NCBI GenBank assembly: GCA_964247055.1
Contig: OZ176057.1
Span: 6,262,001-6,326,000 of the forward strand
DNA length: 64,000 nucleotides
Origin: Paragordius varius
Taxonomy: Eukaryota > Animalia > Nematomorpha
Reading direction: 5' to 3'
Below the pieces are notes generated by a model. That model was not told the DNA's origin. It was given only the letters and a program-made list of their open reading frames with translations, and ran no database searches. The translations under genes and the position numbers were made by a program. Shown here in pieces: positions 1 to 13,441 of the stretch (the first letter of the stretch is position 1; each line of letters opens with the position of its first letter).

Positions 1-215
1 AAAACAGCTACTGAAACATATGGAGATCTCTACTCTAATGAATTAAAACCAATACCATCCATACGAATACGCTATTTTGGCCACATAGACAGATCCTGTA
101 TAGATTCATCTACCAAAGATTTTTTTATTTACATATTCGCCCTAAAACTTAGTCCAATATAATCGGACAAGCTTAAAATCCAACGGAGTACCAATATGTG
201 GGCTAAATTAATAAT
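1..215 (+). mobile_element. Degraded 3' end of an RTE-like non-LTR retrotransposon
   Basis: Translates to ...IRIRYFGHIDRS..., matching the RLRWFGHVxR motif near the C-terminus of RTE/L2 ORF2. Homologous to the remnants at ~5200 and ~10480. Confidence 0.5.
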
Positions 216-245
216 ACCTTTCAAATAAAAACTATATAATCCTTC

Positions 246-246
246 T

Positions 247-285
<39 letters not shown>

Positions 286-297
286 CTAGATATATAT
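246..297. repeat. (TA)n microsatellite
   Basis: Direct run tatatataaatatatatatatatatatatatatatat. Confidence 0.9.
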
Positions 298-899
298 CAT
301 TATTGTAGGCTATAACCATAGGTAATATGGTAACCATTGCAGATAAATTCAAATTTTTATTTCAAATTAATTATTTTGTGGGGTTTTCGATTATCCTAAA
401 ATATGTATGTTCGGGCACAATTACGATTTTGAATCTGTCTCAAAGTGTTTTCATAATAACACATTACCTTTTCATTTTGTGGATGATTAAAATTTTGGGT
501 CGTTTTATACCCCATAGTTTAACTAACCTGTACTGTTTTAAAGGTTGTCTTGGTTTTCGTATTATCAACGGACATTTTCTATGTTAAATAAAAAAGATTA
601 TTTTTTTTCGATTTTTCTACAAGATTGCTCACAAACTTGATTGAAAAAAGGCTAATTTATATAATCAAAATCAAATATACCACTCTAAAATGTTTCTGGA
701 TGCTTTCTTAATTTATTAATTTATTTGCTTTTTTTAACCATTATTACATAATTTCTGTGCATAAAATGATTATTTCTCCACGGGTGGGACTGAATACAGG
801 AAAATATGTGGTTTACTCGGCTACGGTGCATTTTTATATCCAATTAAATATTGACGGGCACTTTTACGGGAACATTGCTTTAAAGTTAATATTTTTGAT

Positions 900-1800
900 G
901 GCTGAATTGAGTTGGCTGGCCTAAGAATTAAAAAAACTAATGTTGCACTGAGAGCTCTCATACGGTTTCGAAATATTATATTTTAGCCATAAATTGTTCA
1001 AATAAATCATTTTTAAATGGGCAGAATAAAACTGAGAGGCTTATTCAAAAAAAGGCCTAGTCACTCTTCGCAATTGTAAAATAATATTTATCTAAATGTT
1101 TCGGGAACGTGCTTCTAACCTAGTGTTTTAAAAAAAATTGCAAGGATGGGGCTGGACTAGGCAAAGTCATTCTCAGCGCATTTATAAATAATAAAAAACA
1201 CCACGTTTAAATATTCATTAGCTCACATGCTATCCAAAAATTTGGTTCAACCTCAAAATTTTAATTCTTCTATATTCATGCTAAGTGGAGTCCAATTGTG
1301 AGGGGCATTAAAAAGGGCCTAGTTACCCTCGGCTCCATTGTAAAAACAATAAATATTCTTTATTGAAACTGACTGTGCCTACACATTTTCCAAGATAGTG
1401 CTTTAAAACCAATATATGTTAAAAAAAAGGGGCAAATTTTAGAAAATGGCTTAGTCACTGTCGGCGCTATTGGAAAACAATAAAAGTTCACTATTGAATT
1501 TGGATGGTCCTACACGCTTTCCAAAAAATTGCTTCAACGTCAAAATGTCTTAACGCCCGCATTTTTAGACTATGTAGGGCCAAATTGAGTGGCTAATTAA
1601 ATAAAAAGGGCTTAAGTTTCGGCGCAAGAAAATAATTTAAAAAATGTTTATTACAACTGACTGTACCTATACGTTTTGTTAATGTCGTGTCAAAACCAAC
1701 AATTCTTTCAAAACCCCATTTTCATATGAGTGAGAGGCTAAACAGAGGGGCTAATTTTTTAAACGGGCTTAGTCACACTCAGTGCCTTTGTGAAACATTA
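900..1800. repeat. Diverged ~140-150-bp monomer tract (about 7 copies) in unit 1
   Basis: Motif aattgagggGCT..aaaaaGGGCTTAGTCACCCTCGGCGCCATTGTAAAACA recurs at ~905, 1031, 1154, 1295, 1435, 1585 and 1741. Confidence 0.7.
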
Positions 1801-3022
1801 TTGGACACTGTGTTATTAGAAGAAATGAATTTAAAGCAAGCATTTATCCATTTAGTAATTTAAATGTAATAAGATGGCTATTTACTATGCAAACATATTA
1901 GAGGAAGCGTCGATTCTGGACATAATAGTATTTAAAATTTCATAAAAATTTGGTTAAAATTTTTTTAATATTTTCCCGCGGTTTACATAAAAAAATATCT
2001 TGAATCAAAAAATTTATAATTTATTATATTAATTTTCCTCTAGTTTTTAACAAAATGACGTCTATGGCAAACACCCGTTAATATAAATCTAAAAATATAA
2101 CTCAGATACACGCATGTCAATAGGTTGGTATATACATTTAACGTTCTAAATGGTTCGATTTTCACATTTTTATTAACTAATATAAAAGCAACATCATATA
2201 AATATATTAATAGCTGTAGCGTTCTAAATAATTTGTTCGATTGTTGCATTTTTATATTCACACAAAAGTTACATTGTTTAAATATATTATCTCATATTTG
2301 CTGTTTGATACCCTTATGCGATTTTTGGGAGAAAATCACGACCCTATGCTAAATTGTACAAAATACATGAGTGAAAAATTGGACAGAAGTTCACTGATTG
2401 ACAAAATATATTCACAAGGAATTATACAAAGGGGTATTTTTGGATTCTTGGGGAATAGAGATTTTTTAAATATTTATCGCTAATCAAACACATCTAATTA
2501 AAATGAACTAACTGACAGCAACAGTATTAATCATAACACCAAAGTTATTAGAATTCAAGCAATAAACCAAAACAGTCAAGTAACTACTAAAAATATTAAA
2601 TATTTTTAATTTAAATAAAATTTTATCTGTTTTAAAAATTTATTAGCCAATGCTATATAAATTTTTGCATTTTGCAATAAATATAGCTATATCAATTAGC
2701 TATTACAGATAAAGCAAAATAAAACCAGACAAGTACAATGCAAAAATAATGACGTTTAAACTACAAAACAATTACAACACATCAATCATTTTATAAAAAT
2801 AAAAAAACAATATTCGATAACAGTTCATCATGAAATATACTGGTTTTAGAATTACCTACTAAATTCTAATTAGATAAGTATCATATATAAATTTGAAATG
2901 ATTATGGAATTATGTAGCGTGTGTCAAAATATTTCAAATAAGTGTAAAATCAAAAAAATATACTTGTCGGTTTCTCAATGAATTAATAACATTAAACCAC
3001 ACATTATTAAATAATGTATTAT

Positions 3023-3390
3023 ATGGTTGATTTTGGCCTTTCCGTCCTTCGTTCAAGCAACATTACTCCAGACATTGTTGGAACCCCTTTATATGGCCTA
3101 CGACATGCTCAGTCTAGATACCTATTATCACAAAGTGGACCTTAGGTTCTTGATTGTAATAATCAAATTAGTTGAAGGTAACAACCCTCCAAACATTAAC
3201 ATTTAGCGGAATCACGTAATTATACTATTTATCATTTAATTTTGGACCTTTATTTTTGTTAAATACTACATAAAATCATCAAAACAAGTATCCCAACCCT
3301 GCCCAAATTAATTTCCACAGTTTTCACTGATTTTTACATGACTTTATGCGCAAACAGGCTACCGATAGATGGTCAGCCTATGAATTTCAT
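3023..3390 (+). pseudogene. STE20-like kinase 3' fragment, type A copy 1
   Basis: MVDFGLSVLRSSNITPDIVGTPLYMAYDML...KLVEGNNPP, in-frame TAG at 3204-3206, a short intron with its acceptor mutated, then a subdomain X-XI exon. Confidence 0.85.
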
Positions 3391-3774
3391 ATATACATAA
3401 TTAATTGATTTCTTTTTTATTGGGTTACCTACTATAAGATTTTACGGTAAGCTATATAAAAATATAATCTTGGTCATACCTTTTTTGCAACAATCTATAT
3501 CTGCGAATTAAGAGCGCCTAGTTAATTTCATCACAGATCATTCCAATTCATCTGCAAAAAATTCAATACCCATATGGTGTTTTATATTGCTCTACCAACG
3601 CAAGTGTATAGTTTAAGTTACAAAATTTGTGTTTTTCTATTAGCGGAAAATCATTCCAAAAAACAGATATTGATCTATTAATTTTTTCTAAAAAAGGCTT
3701 CCAAAACATTATTTGGTTATATAGTTTACCGTAAAAATTATAGGTAATTCGATGAAATAATTAGATTTGCATAC

Positions 3775-4132
3775 CTGCATCAAGTCATTGGCCGACCATC
3801 GATCGGTGGCCTCTTTGCGCAAAGAGTTTTGTAAAAAATCGGTGAAAGCTCTCGAAATAGATTTCGGTAGGGTGCCTATTTTGATAATTTTATGTGATAT
3901 CTAACTGAAAATGAAGGTGGAATTTAAAGATAAATCTATCCAAACTCCACTTTATGCCGTATGGAGGGTTTCCTACAACTAATTTGATTAGTATTATTCC
4001 AAAGGACCAAATGCACTTTGAAATCATAAGAGTCTCGACAGAGCATGTCGTAGACACGTAAAATGGCGTTCCGACAATGTCTGTAAAATTAATTGAACGG
4101 AAGCAGGAAATACCAAAGTCAACCACATCCAT
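3775..4132 (-). pseudogene. STE20-like kinase 3' fragment, type B copy 1
   Basis: VDFGISCFRSINFTDIVGTPFY...(frameshift)IWSFGIILIKLVVGNPPY, then a second exon ..AFTDFLQNSLRKEATDRWSANDL with a gtat donor at 3774. Confidence 0.85.
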
Positions 4133-4559
4133 ATAATAGATTAAATAAACGCTTTTTTCTCACATCAAAGTTTAAATGTTATGAAACAATGGGCTAAAAT
4201 AAAAAATAATCATAATATGTTTGGTAATTTTCGTAATTTAAGGCATTTGATTAGTAATCAACTACGTATGATATGATTCGTATAACTTTATTAAAATTTG
4301 ATTAACGCAAAATAAATGTCATCAAACTAAAACACACAAAAATATATAATGTGTTTACTAGAACAACAAATGAGATTCGAATGATTTTTCAATCGTACAA
4401 CTAAGCCATAATGAATAATGATGAAAGATGGTATGAAACTAGCGGCAACCTAAATAGTGGCGGAACGACAGTCCATAACCATTAATCTAAATATTCACAA
4501 AATTAAATAATTCAAACCATGAGGATATTAAAAATGTTGTTGCACTGGCGACGATCAAC

Positions 4560-5390
4560 AATTATCATTGATTGTATCGACGAAAAAATAATTGAGAAAA
4601 ACTTATAAAAACTAAATGGCGCCTTGAATCTACCTTTAACACACCTGAAGATTCTGTCATACAATTAATACATGGTTTTACCTAAGAAGAAATAGCGAAT
4701 ATAATAGATATTATCTCATACAAAGCATTGGGTCCGCAAGAATCTCTGCATATTAAATGAAGCTATATCCGATAACAATTAAATCTTTAGCTGTTTTAGT
4801 TGATATGTATAAATGCAACTCAATTCAAAATGGTATTAAAGCTACATTTATTCCATCCATAAAAATGGGGAACAGCCTTATGTTGCGCTAACTATCAGTC
4901 CTTAAAAAATTTTTTTAACCGTTATAAAAATAGAATTTTAAAATAAAACAATCATTAAAAAAATTCTCCTCCCAGAAGGTATAATCACTTTAGAACCCAA
5001 ATTCATATCAATAGAAAAATATTTAGCTAATCGTTTATTATGATATTTTTATGGATGCCAAAGCATTTAACACCAAAATAAAATGCATAAGTCGGTTTCT
5101 CTCCTTCTAATCCATACTGAAGCCAGCTAAAACTTGGCTTATCACAAAAAGATCAAAAACATAAAACAGATTCTGAAATATATGGAGATGTTTACCCTCA
5201 ATGAATTATAACAAATAGCAACGTATAGATTTGCTACTCAGGCTACATAGACAGATCTTGTATAAATTCATTTGCTAAAGATTATTTAATTTAATATTCC
5301 TTATATTACTTGGTCCCACATTATCGAACAAGCTTTTAAAATCCAACGGAATACCAATATCTGGGCTAAACTAATAATCCCTTTTAAATA
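4560..5390 (+). mobile_element. Degraded, internally deleted RTE-like LINE remnant (unit 1)
   Basis: Frameshifted IHKNG..CANYQ (PIHKKG..CxNYRPI motif), a TW-type motif near 5130 and a GH-type motif near 5240. The RT core is missing. Confidence 0.55.
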
Positions 5391-5999
5391 AAAACTATTT
5401 TATGATGATCTCTTTAATAGCGATTTTGTGATCTAGCTGTAAGTTTTGTACATCATTATTGTAGGCTATAAGCATATGTAATATGATAACCACTGCAAAT
5501 AAATTTATATTTTTATTTCATATTTATTTTATGGGTAGATTATCCTTAAATATATACGTTGGGCAAAATTACGATTTTGAAATTTTTCTAGCTCAAAGCG
5601 ATTTCATAATTAACACAGTACCTTTTCATTCTTTTGTAGACGATCAAAATTTTGGGTCGTTGTATACCCTAGAGTTTAACTAACCTGTAAATAACTAATG
5701 TTTTAAAGGTTGTCTTGGTATTTAATTATCAATAAACTACGAAATTGGTATTGCTCGGAAACTTGATTGAAAAATAAGCCAATTTTTATAACCAATATTA
5801 GATATACGCCTCTGAAATGTTTTTGGGGGCTTTCTAAATTTATTTATTGGCATTTTTAACCATTATCATAACTACGGTGCATGAAATGATAAGTTTTATA
5901 CTGGTGGGTTGAATATAGGAAAATATGTGCTTCAATCGACGACGGCCCATTCATATAAATAAAATACCTTTACAGGAAAATTACTTAAGTCAATATTTT

Positions 6000-6910
6000 T
6001 GTAAAAGGGGAGTGAATTGAGGGGCTAGTCTAAGAATCGTTTTCTTGACAGCGCCTATAAATTTTTCGAAAACTAATATTCAAGTCATAAATTGTTCAAA
6101 TAAACAATTTTTAAATGGGCAGGGCAAAACTGAGGGGCTTATATAAAAAAGGGCTGAGTTGCCCTTGGCGCCATTTTAAAACAATATAAAAATTATTATA
6201 GAAACTGACTGCGTCGTTTTTCAGGAGCGTGCTTCTTAACTTTTATTAAAAAACATTTTTACAAGGATTGGACTCGGCAAATTAAAGTTTCCTCGGCGCA
6301 TTTATAAATAAAAAAAACACCACTTTTAGATATGCATGGCCCTACTACACTATCCAAAAATTTGCTTCAACCTAAAAATTTTAAATCTTCCATATTCATG
6401 CTAAGTGGGGGTCAATAGGGGCTATTTTAAATACGGGCTCAGTCACCCTCGGCGCCATTGTAAAACATAAATTTTTTTTATTAAAACTTAATCTCATTTC
6501 TGGTATCGTGCTTCAAAACCAATGTATGTTAATCCATTCTTACACGGGAGAGACTAGAATGGGGCCAAATTTTGGAAAATGGCTTAGTCACCGTCGGTGC
6601 TATTGCAAAACTAAGTACATTATTACATTTGGATGAGCCTACACGCTTTCCAAAAAAAGGCTTTTTTATCTTCCGTAGTAGGCTATGTTGAGTGGCTAAT
6701 TTAAAAAAGGGCTTAAGTTTCAACCCATTTGTAAAATAAATTGAAAAATGTTTTATTACAACTGACTGTACCTCTAAGATTTGTTAATGTCGTGTCAAAA
6801 CCAACAATTCTTTCAAAACCCCATTTTCATATAAGTGAGGGGCTAAACAGAGGGGCTAATTTTTTAAAAGGGCTTAGTCACCCTCAGTGCCTTTGTGAAA
6901 CATTATTGGA
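6000..6910. repeat. Diverged ~140-150-bp monomer tract in unit 2
   Basis: Same gggct(t/c)agtcacc(c/g)tcgg(c/t)gc motif at ~6140, 6435, 6580, 6710 and 6870. Confidence 0.7.
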
Positions 6911-8296
6911 CACTGTGTTATTAGAAGAAATGAATTTAAAGCAAGCATTAATCCTTTTAGTTATTTAAATGTAATAAGATGGCTATTTACTATACAAACA
7001 TATTAGAGGAAGCGACGATTCCGGACATAATAGTATTTAAAATTTCATAAAAATTTGGTTTCAATTTTTTGACATTATCCCGCGGTTTACATAATAAATA
7101 TCTTGAATCAAAAAATTTATAACTTATTATGTTAATTTCGTTTGTAACAAAATGATGTCTATGGCAAACACCCCTTTAGATAAAATTCTATTATAACTAA
7201 AAAACGCATGTCAAAGCTTGGTATATACATTTAGCGTTCTAATAACTTGTTCGATTTTCATATTTTTATAAAGTAACATAAAGGCAACATCATCTAAATA
7301 TACTAATAAGCGTAGCGTTCTAAATAATTTGTACGATTGTGGCATTTTTTAAACTTAAAAGTTACATCGTTTAAATATATTGAAATGTTATATTTGCTGT
7401 AACGTTAATAATTTGTTCGATTGTCACATTTATAAATATTAACGCAAAACGCATCATCTATATATATTAAAAAATGCTATAATTGCTGTTTGATACCCTT
7501 ATGCGATTTTTTGGGGGAATAATAATATCTTTATTTAAAAAACATTTTTCAAAGTTAGAGTGAAAAACTGGACAGAAGTTAACGGATTAACAAAAATATA
7601 TTCACAACAACGGAATTAACTAAAAGCGTATTTTTTTATGGGATTCTTAGGGAGAATTATAAAGTATATTTTTTAAATAATTACACCCAATCAAACGCAA
7701 CTCAAATGAACTTACTGGCAGCTAAAAACAGTAGTAATTATAACGCCTGTAAAGTTATTAGCATTCAAACGATAAACCAAAATAATCAAACTGGTCAGGT
7801 AACTACTAAAATATTTAAATTTGAATAATTTATAGGCTTTAATTTAAATAAAATTTTATCTGTTTATTTTTCATTAGCCAATGCGATATAAATTTTTGCA
7901 ATAAATTTAACTATATCAATTAGCTATTACAGATAAAGCAAAGTAAAACCAGACAAGTACAATGCAAAAATAATGGCATTTGAACTACAAAACAATTACA
8001 ACACATCAATCATTTTATAAAAATATAAACCTTAATTGCAAATTGTAAAACATTATCCAACAATCGTCTATTACAGTTCATCGTAAAATATAGTGGTTTT
8101 AGAATTACTCACTTAATTTTAATTGGATAAGCATCATATATAAAATGGAACTGATTAATGGAATTATGTAGCGTGCTGTCAAAATACTTTAAATACAAAT
8201 TATTATAAATTGTAAAATCAAAAAAATAAATTTGTCAGTCGTTTTATCAACTAATCAATAACATTATACCAAACAATTGATTTAATAATGTATTAT

Positions 8297-8662
8297 ATGG
8301 TTGATTTTGGCCTTTCCGTCCTTCGTTCAAGCAACCTTACTCCAGACATTGTTGGAAAACCCTTTTTATGGCCTACGACATGCTTAGTCTAGATACCTAT
8401 GATCACAAAGTGTACATTAGGTTCTTGATTGTAATAATCAAATTAGTTGAAGGCAGCAACCCTTCATAAGTTGGCATTTAGTGGAATCACTTATACTATT
8501 TATCATTTAAAATTCGACCTTTATTTTTGTTAGATACTACATAAAATCATCGAAACAAGAATCCCAACCCTGCCCAAATCAATTTCCACAGCTTTCACTG
8601 ATTTTTACATGACTTTATGCGCAAACAGGCTACCGGTAGATGGTCAGCCTATGAATTTATGC
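8297..8662 (+). pseudogene. STE20-like kinase 3' fragment, type A copy 2
   Basis: atggttgattttggcctttccgtccttcg at 8297; shared TAG; second exon ILHKIIETRIPTLPKSISTAFTDF. Confidence 0.85.
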
Positions 8663-9033
8663 ATATATACATAATTAATTGATTTCTTTTTTATTGGTTT
8701 ACCTATTATAAGATTTTTACGGTAAACTATATAAAGATATTTTTGGTCATACCTTTTTTGGAACAATCAATCTCTCCGGGCGCATAGTTAATTCCATCAC
8801 AGATCGATTCCAATTCAAATCTGCAAAAAATTAATACCCATATGGTGTGTTGAATTACTCCATCAACACAAGTGTGTAGTTTAAGTTACAAAATTCGTGT
8901 TTTACAAGTATTCGCGGGAGATCCATTCACAAATAGATTATATGTTTTTTAAAAAGGCCACCAAAAACATAATTTGTTTATATAGTTTACCGTAAAAATT
9001 ATAGGTAATTCGATGAATAATTAGATGTGCATA

Positions 9034-9405
9034 TCTGCAGCAAGTCATTGGCCGACCATCGATCGGTAGCCTCTTTGCGCAAAGAGTTTTGTAAAAAATC
9101 GATGAAAGCTCTCGAAATTGATTTCGGCAGGGTGGGGATCCCTGATTTAATAATTTTATGTGATATCTAACTGAAAATGAAGGTGGAATTTAAAGATAAA
9201 TCTAATTTCTAAACTCCAATTTATGCCGTATGGAGGGTTTCCTACAATTAATTTGATTAATATTATTCCAAAGGACCAAATGCACTTTGCAATCTTAGGA
9301 AGCTCGACAGAGCATGTCGTAGGACATGTAAAATGGCGTTCCGACGATGTCTGAAGTAAAATTGGTTGAACGGAAGCAGGAAATACCAAAGTCAACCATA
9401 TCCAT
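9034..9405 (-). pseudogene. STE20-like kinase 3' fragment, type B copy 2
   Basis: MDMVDFGISCFRSTNFTSDIVGTPFYM..., frameshift, IWSFGIILIKLIVGNPPY; second exon ending WSANDLLQ. Confidence 0.85.
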
Positions 9406-9849
9406 ATAATAGATTAAATAAACGCTTTTTCTCATATCAAAGTTTTAATGTTATGGAACAATGGGCTAAAATAAAAAATTAATTATTCAAAATATGTTTG
9501 GTATAATTTTCGTAATTTAAGGCATTTGATTAGTATACAACTACGTATGATATGATTCGTATAACTTTATTAAAATTTGATTAACCCAAAATAAATGTCA
9601 TCAAACTAAAACACACAAAAATATGTTTACTAGCACAACAAATGAGATTCAAATGATTTTTCAATCGTACAACTAAGCCATAAATGATGAAAGATGGTAT
9701 GAAACTAGCAGCAACCTAAATAGTGGCGGAACGACAGTCTATAACCCTTAATCAAAATATTTATAAAAATTCAATAATCCAAAACCAAGACGATATTAAA
9801 AATGTTTGTTGCACTGGAGACGATCAACAATTATCACATAAATTCTAAC

Positions 9850-10660
9850 GACAAAAAATAATTTAAAAAAATTATAAATACTAAAGTAAACCTTGAATCT
9901 ACCATTAACATACATGAAAATTCTGTTATATGTTAAATACATGATTTTACCTCGAAAGAAATAGCGATTGTAATTTTTGGTCCGCAATAATTTCTGAATA
10001 TTAAATGAAGGTAAATCCGATAACAGTTAAATCTTTAGCAGCGCATTTTTACTTAATATATAAAAGTGACTCAATTCCAAATGCTATTAAAGCTACCTTT
10101 GGTCCATTCATAAAAATAAGGAATAGCCTTGATTGCGCCATCTATCGGCCCTTAAAAGAATTAGCTCACTGAAAAAAATTTTTTAACCGTTATTAAAAAT
10201 AAAATTAAGATAAAACAAACATTAATAATAATTAATTCTCCTCCCAGAAGGTAAAAGCACTTTAGAACCCATATTCATCTCAATAAGAAAAATATTTAGC
10301 TAATCGTTTATTATGACATTTTTATGGATTCGAGACATTTGTCACCATCCCCACTAAAAATAAAATGCATAAAATCGGTCTCTCTCCGTCTATTCCTTAC
10401 TGAACTGCGAAAACTTGGCTCATCACAAAAAGATCAAAACATAAAACAGATTCTGAAATATATGGAGATCTTTACCCCAATGAATTAGAACAAATTGCAA
10501 CGTATTGATTTGCTACTCAGGCTACATAGACATGTCCTGTATAGAGTCTTCTGCCAAAGATTTTTTAACTTACATATTCGCCCTAAGACTTGGTCCCACA
10601 TCATCGAACAAGGTTTTATAATCCAATTGAATAATACCAATATCTGGGCTAAACTAATAA
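9850..10660 (+). mobile_element. Degraded RTE-like LINE remnant (unit 2)
   Basis: Contains P(I)HKN...DCAIYRPL at ~10103-10153 and a frameshifted CETWLITK at ~10405-10430, both characteristic of RTE/L2 ORF2. Confidence 0.6.
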
Positions 10661-11319
10661 TACATTTTAAATAAAAACTATTTTATGATCATCTCTTTAA
10701 TAGCGATTTTGTGATCTAGATCTATCGTTTGTATATCATTTATTGTAAGCTATAAACCATAGGTAATACGGTAACCACTGCAAATAAATTCATATATAAT
10801 TTCAATTTTTTTATTTTATGAGGTAAATTAGGTTATTCTTAAATGTATATGTTGGGTAAAATTACGATTTTGAAATATTTCTAGCGCAAAGCGATTTCAT
10901 AATTAACACATTACCTTTTCATTCTTTTGTAGACGATCAAAATTTTGGGTCGTTTTATAATCTAGAGTTTAACTAACCTGTAAATTAACTATTGTTTTAA
11001 AGGTTGTCTTGGTATTTTACTATCAATGAACTACTTAGAATCGCTCCAAAACTTGATTAAAAAAAGCTAATTTTTATAATCAATATCAGATATACGCCTC
11101 TAAAATGTTTCTGGAGGCTTTCTAAATTTATTTATTGGCCTTTTTAACCATTATACATAACTACGGTGCATGAAATGATAAGTTTGATACTGGTGGGTTG
11201 AATAGAAAAATATGTGGTTAAATCGGCGACGGCGCATTTATATATAAAAAATATTTTCAATTTTAAAATATGGACGGGCACTTTTATAGAAAAATTGATT
11301 TACAGTCAATATTTTTGAA

Positions 11320-12190
11320 AAAAGGGGCTGAATTTTGGGGCTAGCTTAAGAATTAAAACGAATAATATCGCACTGACAGTGCCCATAAATTTTTCGAAAA
11401 CTTATATTTATGTCATAAATTGTTCAAATAAACAATTTTTAAATGGGCAGGGCAAAACTGACGGCCTTAATTCAAAAAAGGGCTTCACTTTCCGCTGCAT
11501 TCGTAAAACATTAGAGAAATTTGTTAAAAAACATTTTTACAAGGATGGGGCTAGACTCGGCAAATTCATTTTCGGTGCATTTGTAAATAATAATGAAAAA
11601 CACCACGTTTAAATATGCATGGGCCTCACGCTATCCAAAAATTTTCAACCTCAAAATTTTAAATCTTCTATATTCATGCTAAGTAGGGCTCAATTGGGGG
11701 CCTCCTTTTACAAAGGGTTTAGTCACCCTCGACGCCATTTTAAAACATTTAAAAATTTCTTTATTTAAACTGACTATGTTCAAAAAAACCATTTCACGGG
11801 AGGGCCTGAAATGAGGAGTAAATTTAAAAAATAGCTTAGTCATTGTCGGCACTATTGAAAAACAATGAAAGTACACTATCGAATTTGGATGGTCCTACAC
11901 GCTTTCTAAAAAATTGCTTCAACGTCAAATTGTCTTAAGGCCCGTATTTTTACACTATGTGGGGCCATATTGAGTGGCTAATTTAAAAAAGGGCCTAAGT
12001 TTCGGCGCAATAAAATAATTTGAAAAATGTTTTATTACAACTGACTGTACCTGTAAGTTTTGTTAATGTCGTGTCAAAACCAATAATTCTTTCAAAACCC
12101 CATTTCTATATAAGTGAGGGGCTACACAGAGGGGCTACTTTTTTAAAAGGGCTTAGTCACCCTCAGGCCTTTGTGAAACATTATTGGACA
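11320..12190. repeat. Diverged ~140-150-bp monomer tract in unit 3
   Basis: Homologous motif series, e.g. gggtttagtcaccctcgacgcc ~11716, agcttagtcattgtcggc ~11833, gggcttagtcaccctcagg ~12149. Confidence 0.7.
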
Positions 12191-13441
12191 CTGTGTTAAT
12201 AGAAGAAATGAATTTAAAGCAAGTTATCCTTTTAGTAATTTAAATGTAATAAGATGGCTATTTACTGTACAAACATTAAAAATTTGGTTTAAATTTTTTT
12301 GACATTTTCCCGCGGTTTACATAAAGAAATATCTTGATCAAAAAATTTATAATTTATTATGTTAATTTTCCTCTCGTTTTTAACAAAATGATGTCTATGG
12401 CAAACACCCCTTTAGATAAAATTCTATTATAACTAAAAAAATGCATGTCAATAGGTTGGTATGTACATTTAGCGTTTTAAATAACTTTGTTCGATTTTCA
12501 TATTTTTATAAAGTAACATTAAGGCAACACATATAAATATATTAATAAGTAATGCGTTCTAAATAATTTGTTCGATTGTTGCATTTTTATATTCACATAA
12601 AAGTTACAGTTTGATACCCTTATGCGATTTTTGGGAGAAAATCACTAGCCTATGCTAAATTGTACAAAATACATGAGTGAAAAATTAGACAGATGTTAAC
12701 GGATTACCAAAAATATATTCACAAGGAATTATCCAAAGGGGTATTTTTGAATTCTTGGGGAGAATTATAGAGATATTTTTTTAATTAACCCTATTTAAAC
12801 ACAACTAACTCAAATGAACTAACTGACAGCTAAAAACACTATTAATTATTACGTTTGGAATATTATTGTGCATATAATACAATCAAACTCATGAGGCTAA
12901 AAATATTAAAATTTGAATAATTTATAGGCTTTCATTTATATAAAATTTTATCTGTTAATTTTATAAATCATTAGCCCATGCGATATAAATTTTTTCATTA
13001 CGTAATAAAAATAAGCAAGCGACCTTTAATTTCAATTTTTTTAAAAAGGTTTTGATATAATTAATAACAGATAAATAAAAATTAAATACTAAACCAAAAC
13101 AAGTATAATGCCAAAATAATGACATTTGAACTAAAAAACATATACCCATCAATCATTTTATAAAAATAAAAACCTTAATTGCAAAATGTAAACGATTATC
13201 CAACAATAGTTTATAACAGTTCATCGTAAAATATAGTGGTTTTAGATTTACTCAATAAATTTTAATTGGATAAGCATCATATGTAAAATGGAACTGATTA
13301 ATGGAATTACGTAGCGTGCTGTCAAAATACTTCAAATACAAATTATTATAAAGTGTAAAATCAAAAAAATAAATTTTTCGATCGGTTTAACTATTAATCA
13401 ATAACATTATACCAAATACACTTTATTAAATAATGTATTAT

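Noticed and set aside
900-1800. Regularly spaced motifs as a CRISPR array
   Set aside because: The monomers are diverged along their whole length, there are no unique spacers, and the context is eukaryotic.
2150-2162. GGTTCGATT as a tRNA/SINE B-box
   Set aside because: No A-box or cloverleaf, and sister copies read TTGTTCGATT within an AT-rich repeat.
3204-3206. Shared TAG in all A copies as stop-codon reassignment or read-through
   Set aside because: The same copies also have frameshifts and lack the N-terminal kinase half, so read-through would not give a protein.
327-13152. Short track ORFs (327-587, 2040-2483, 5483-5683, 6529-6968, 9796-9987, 11379-11876, 12961-13152) as genes
   Set aside because: They lie in repeat units, the homologous positions in other units are not open, many use TTG/GTG starts, and none has recognisable motifs.
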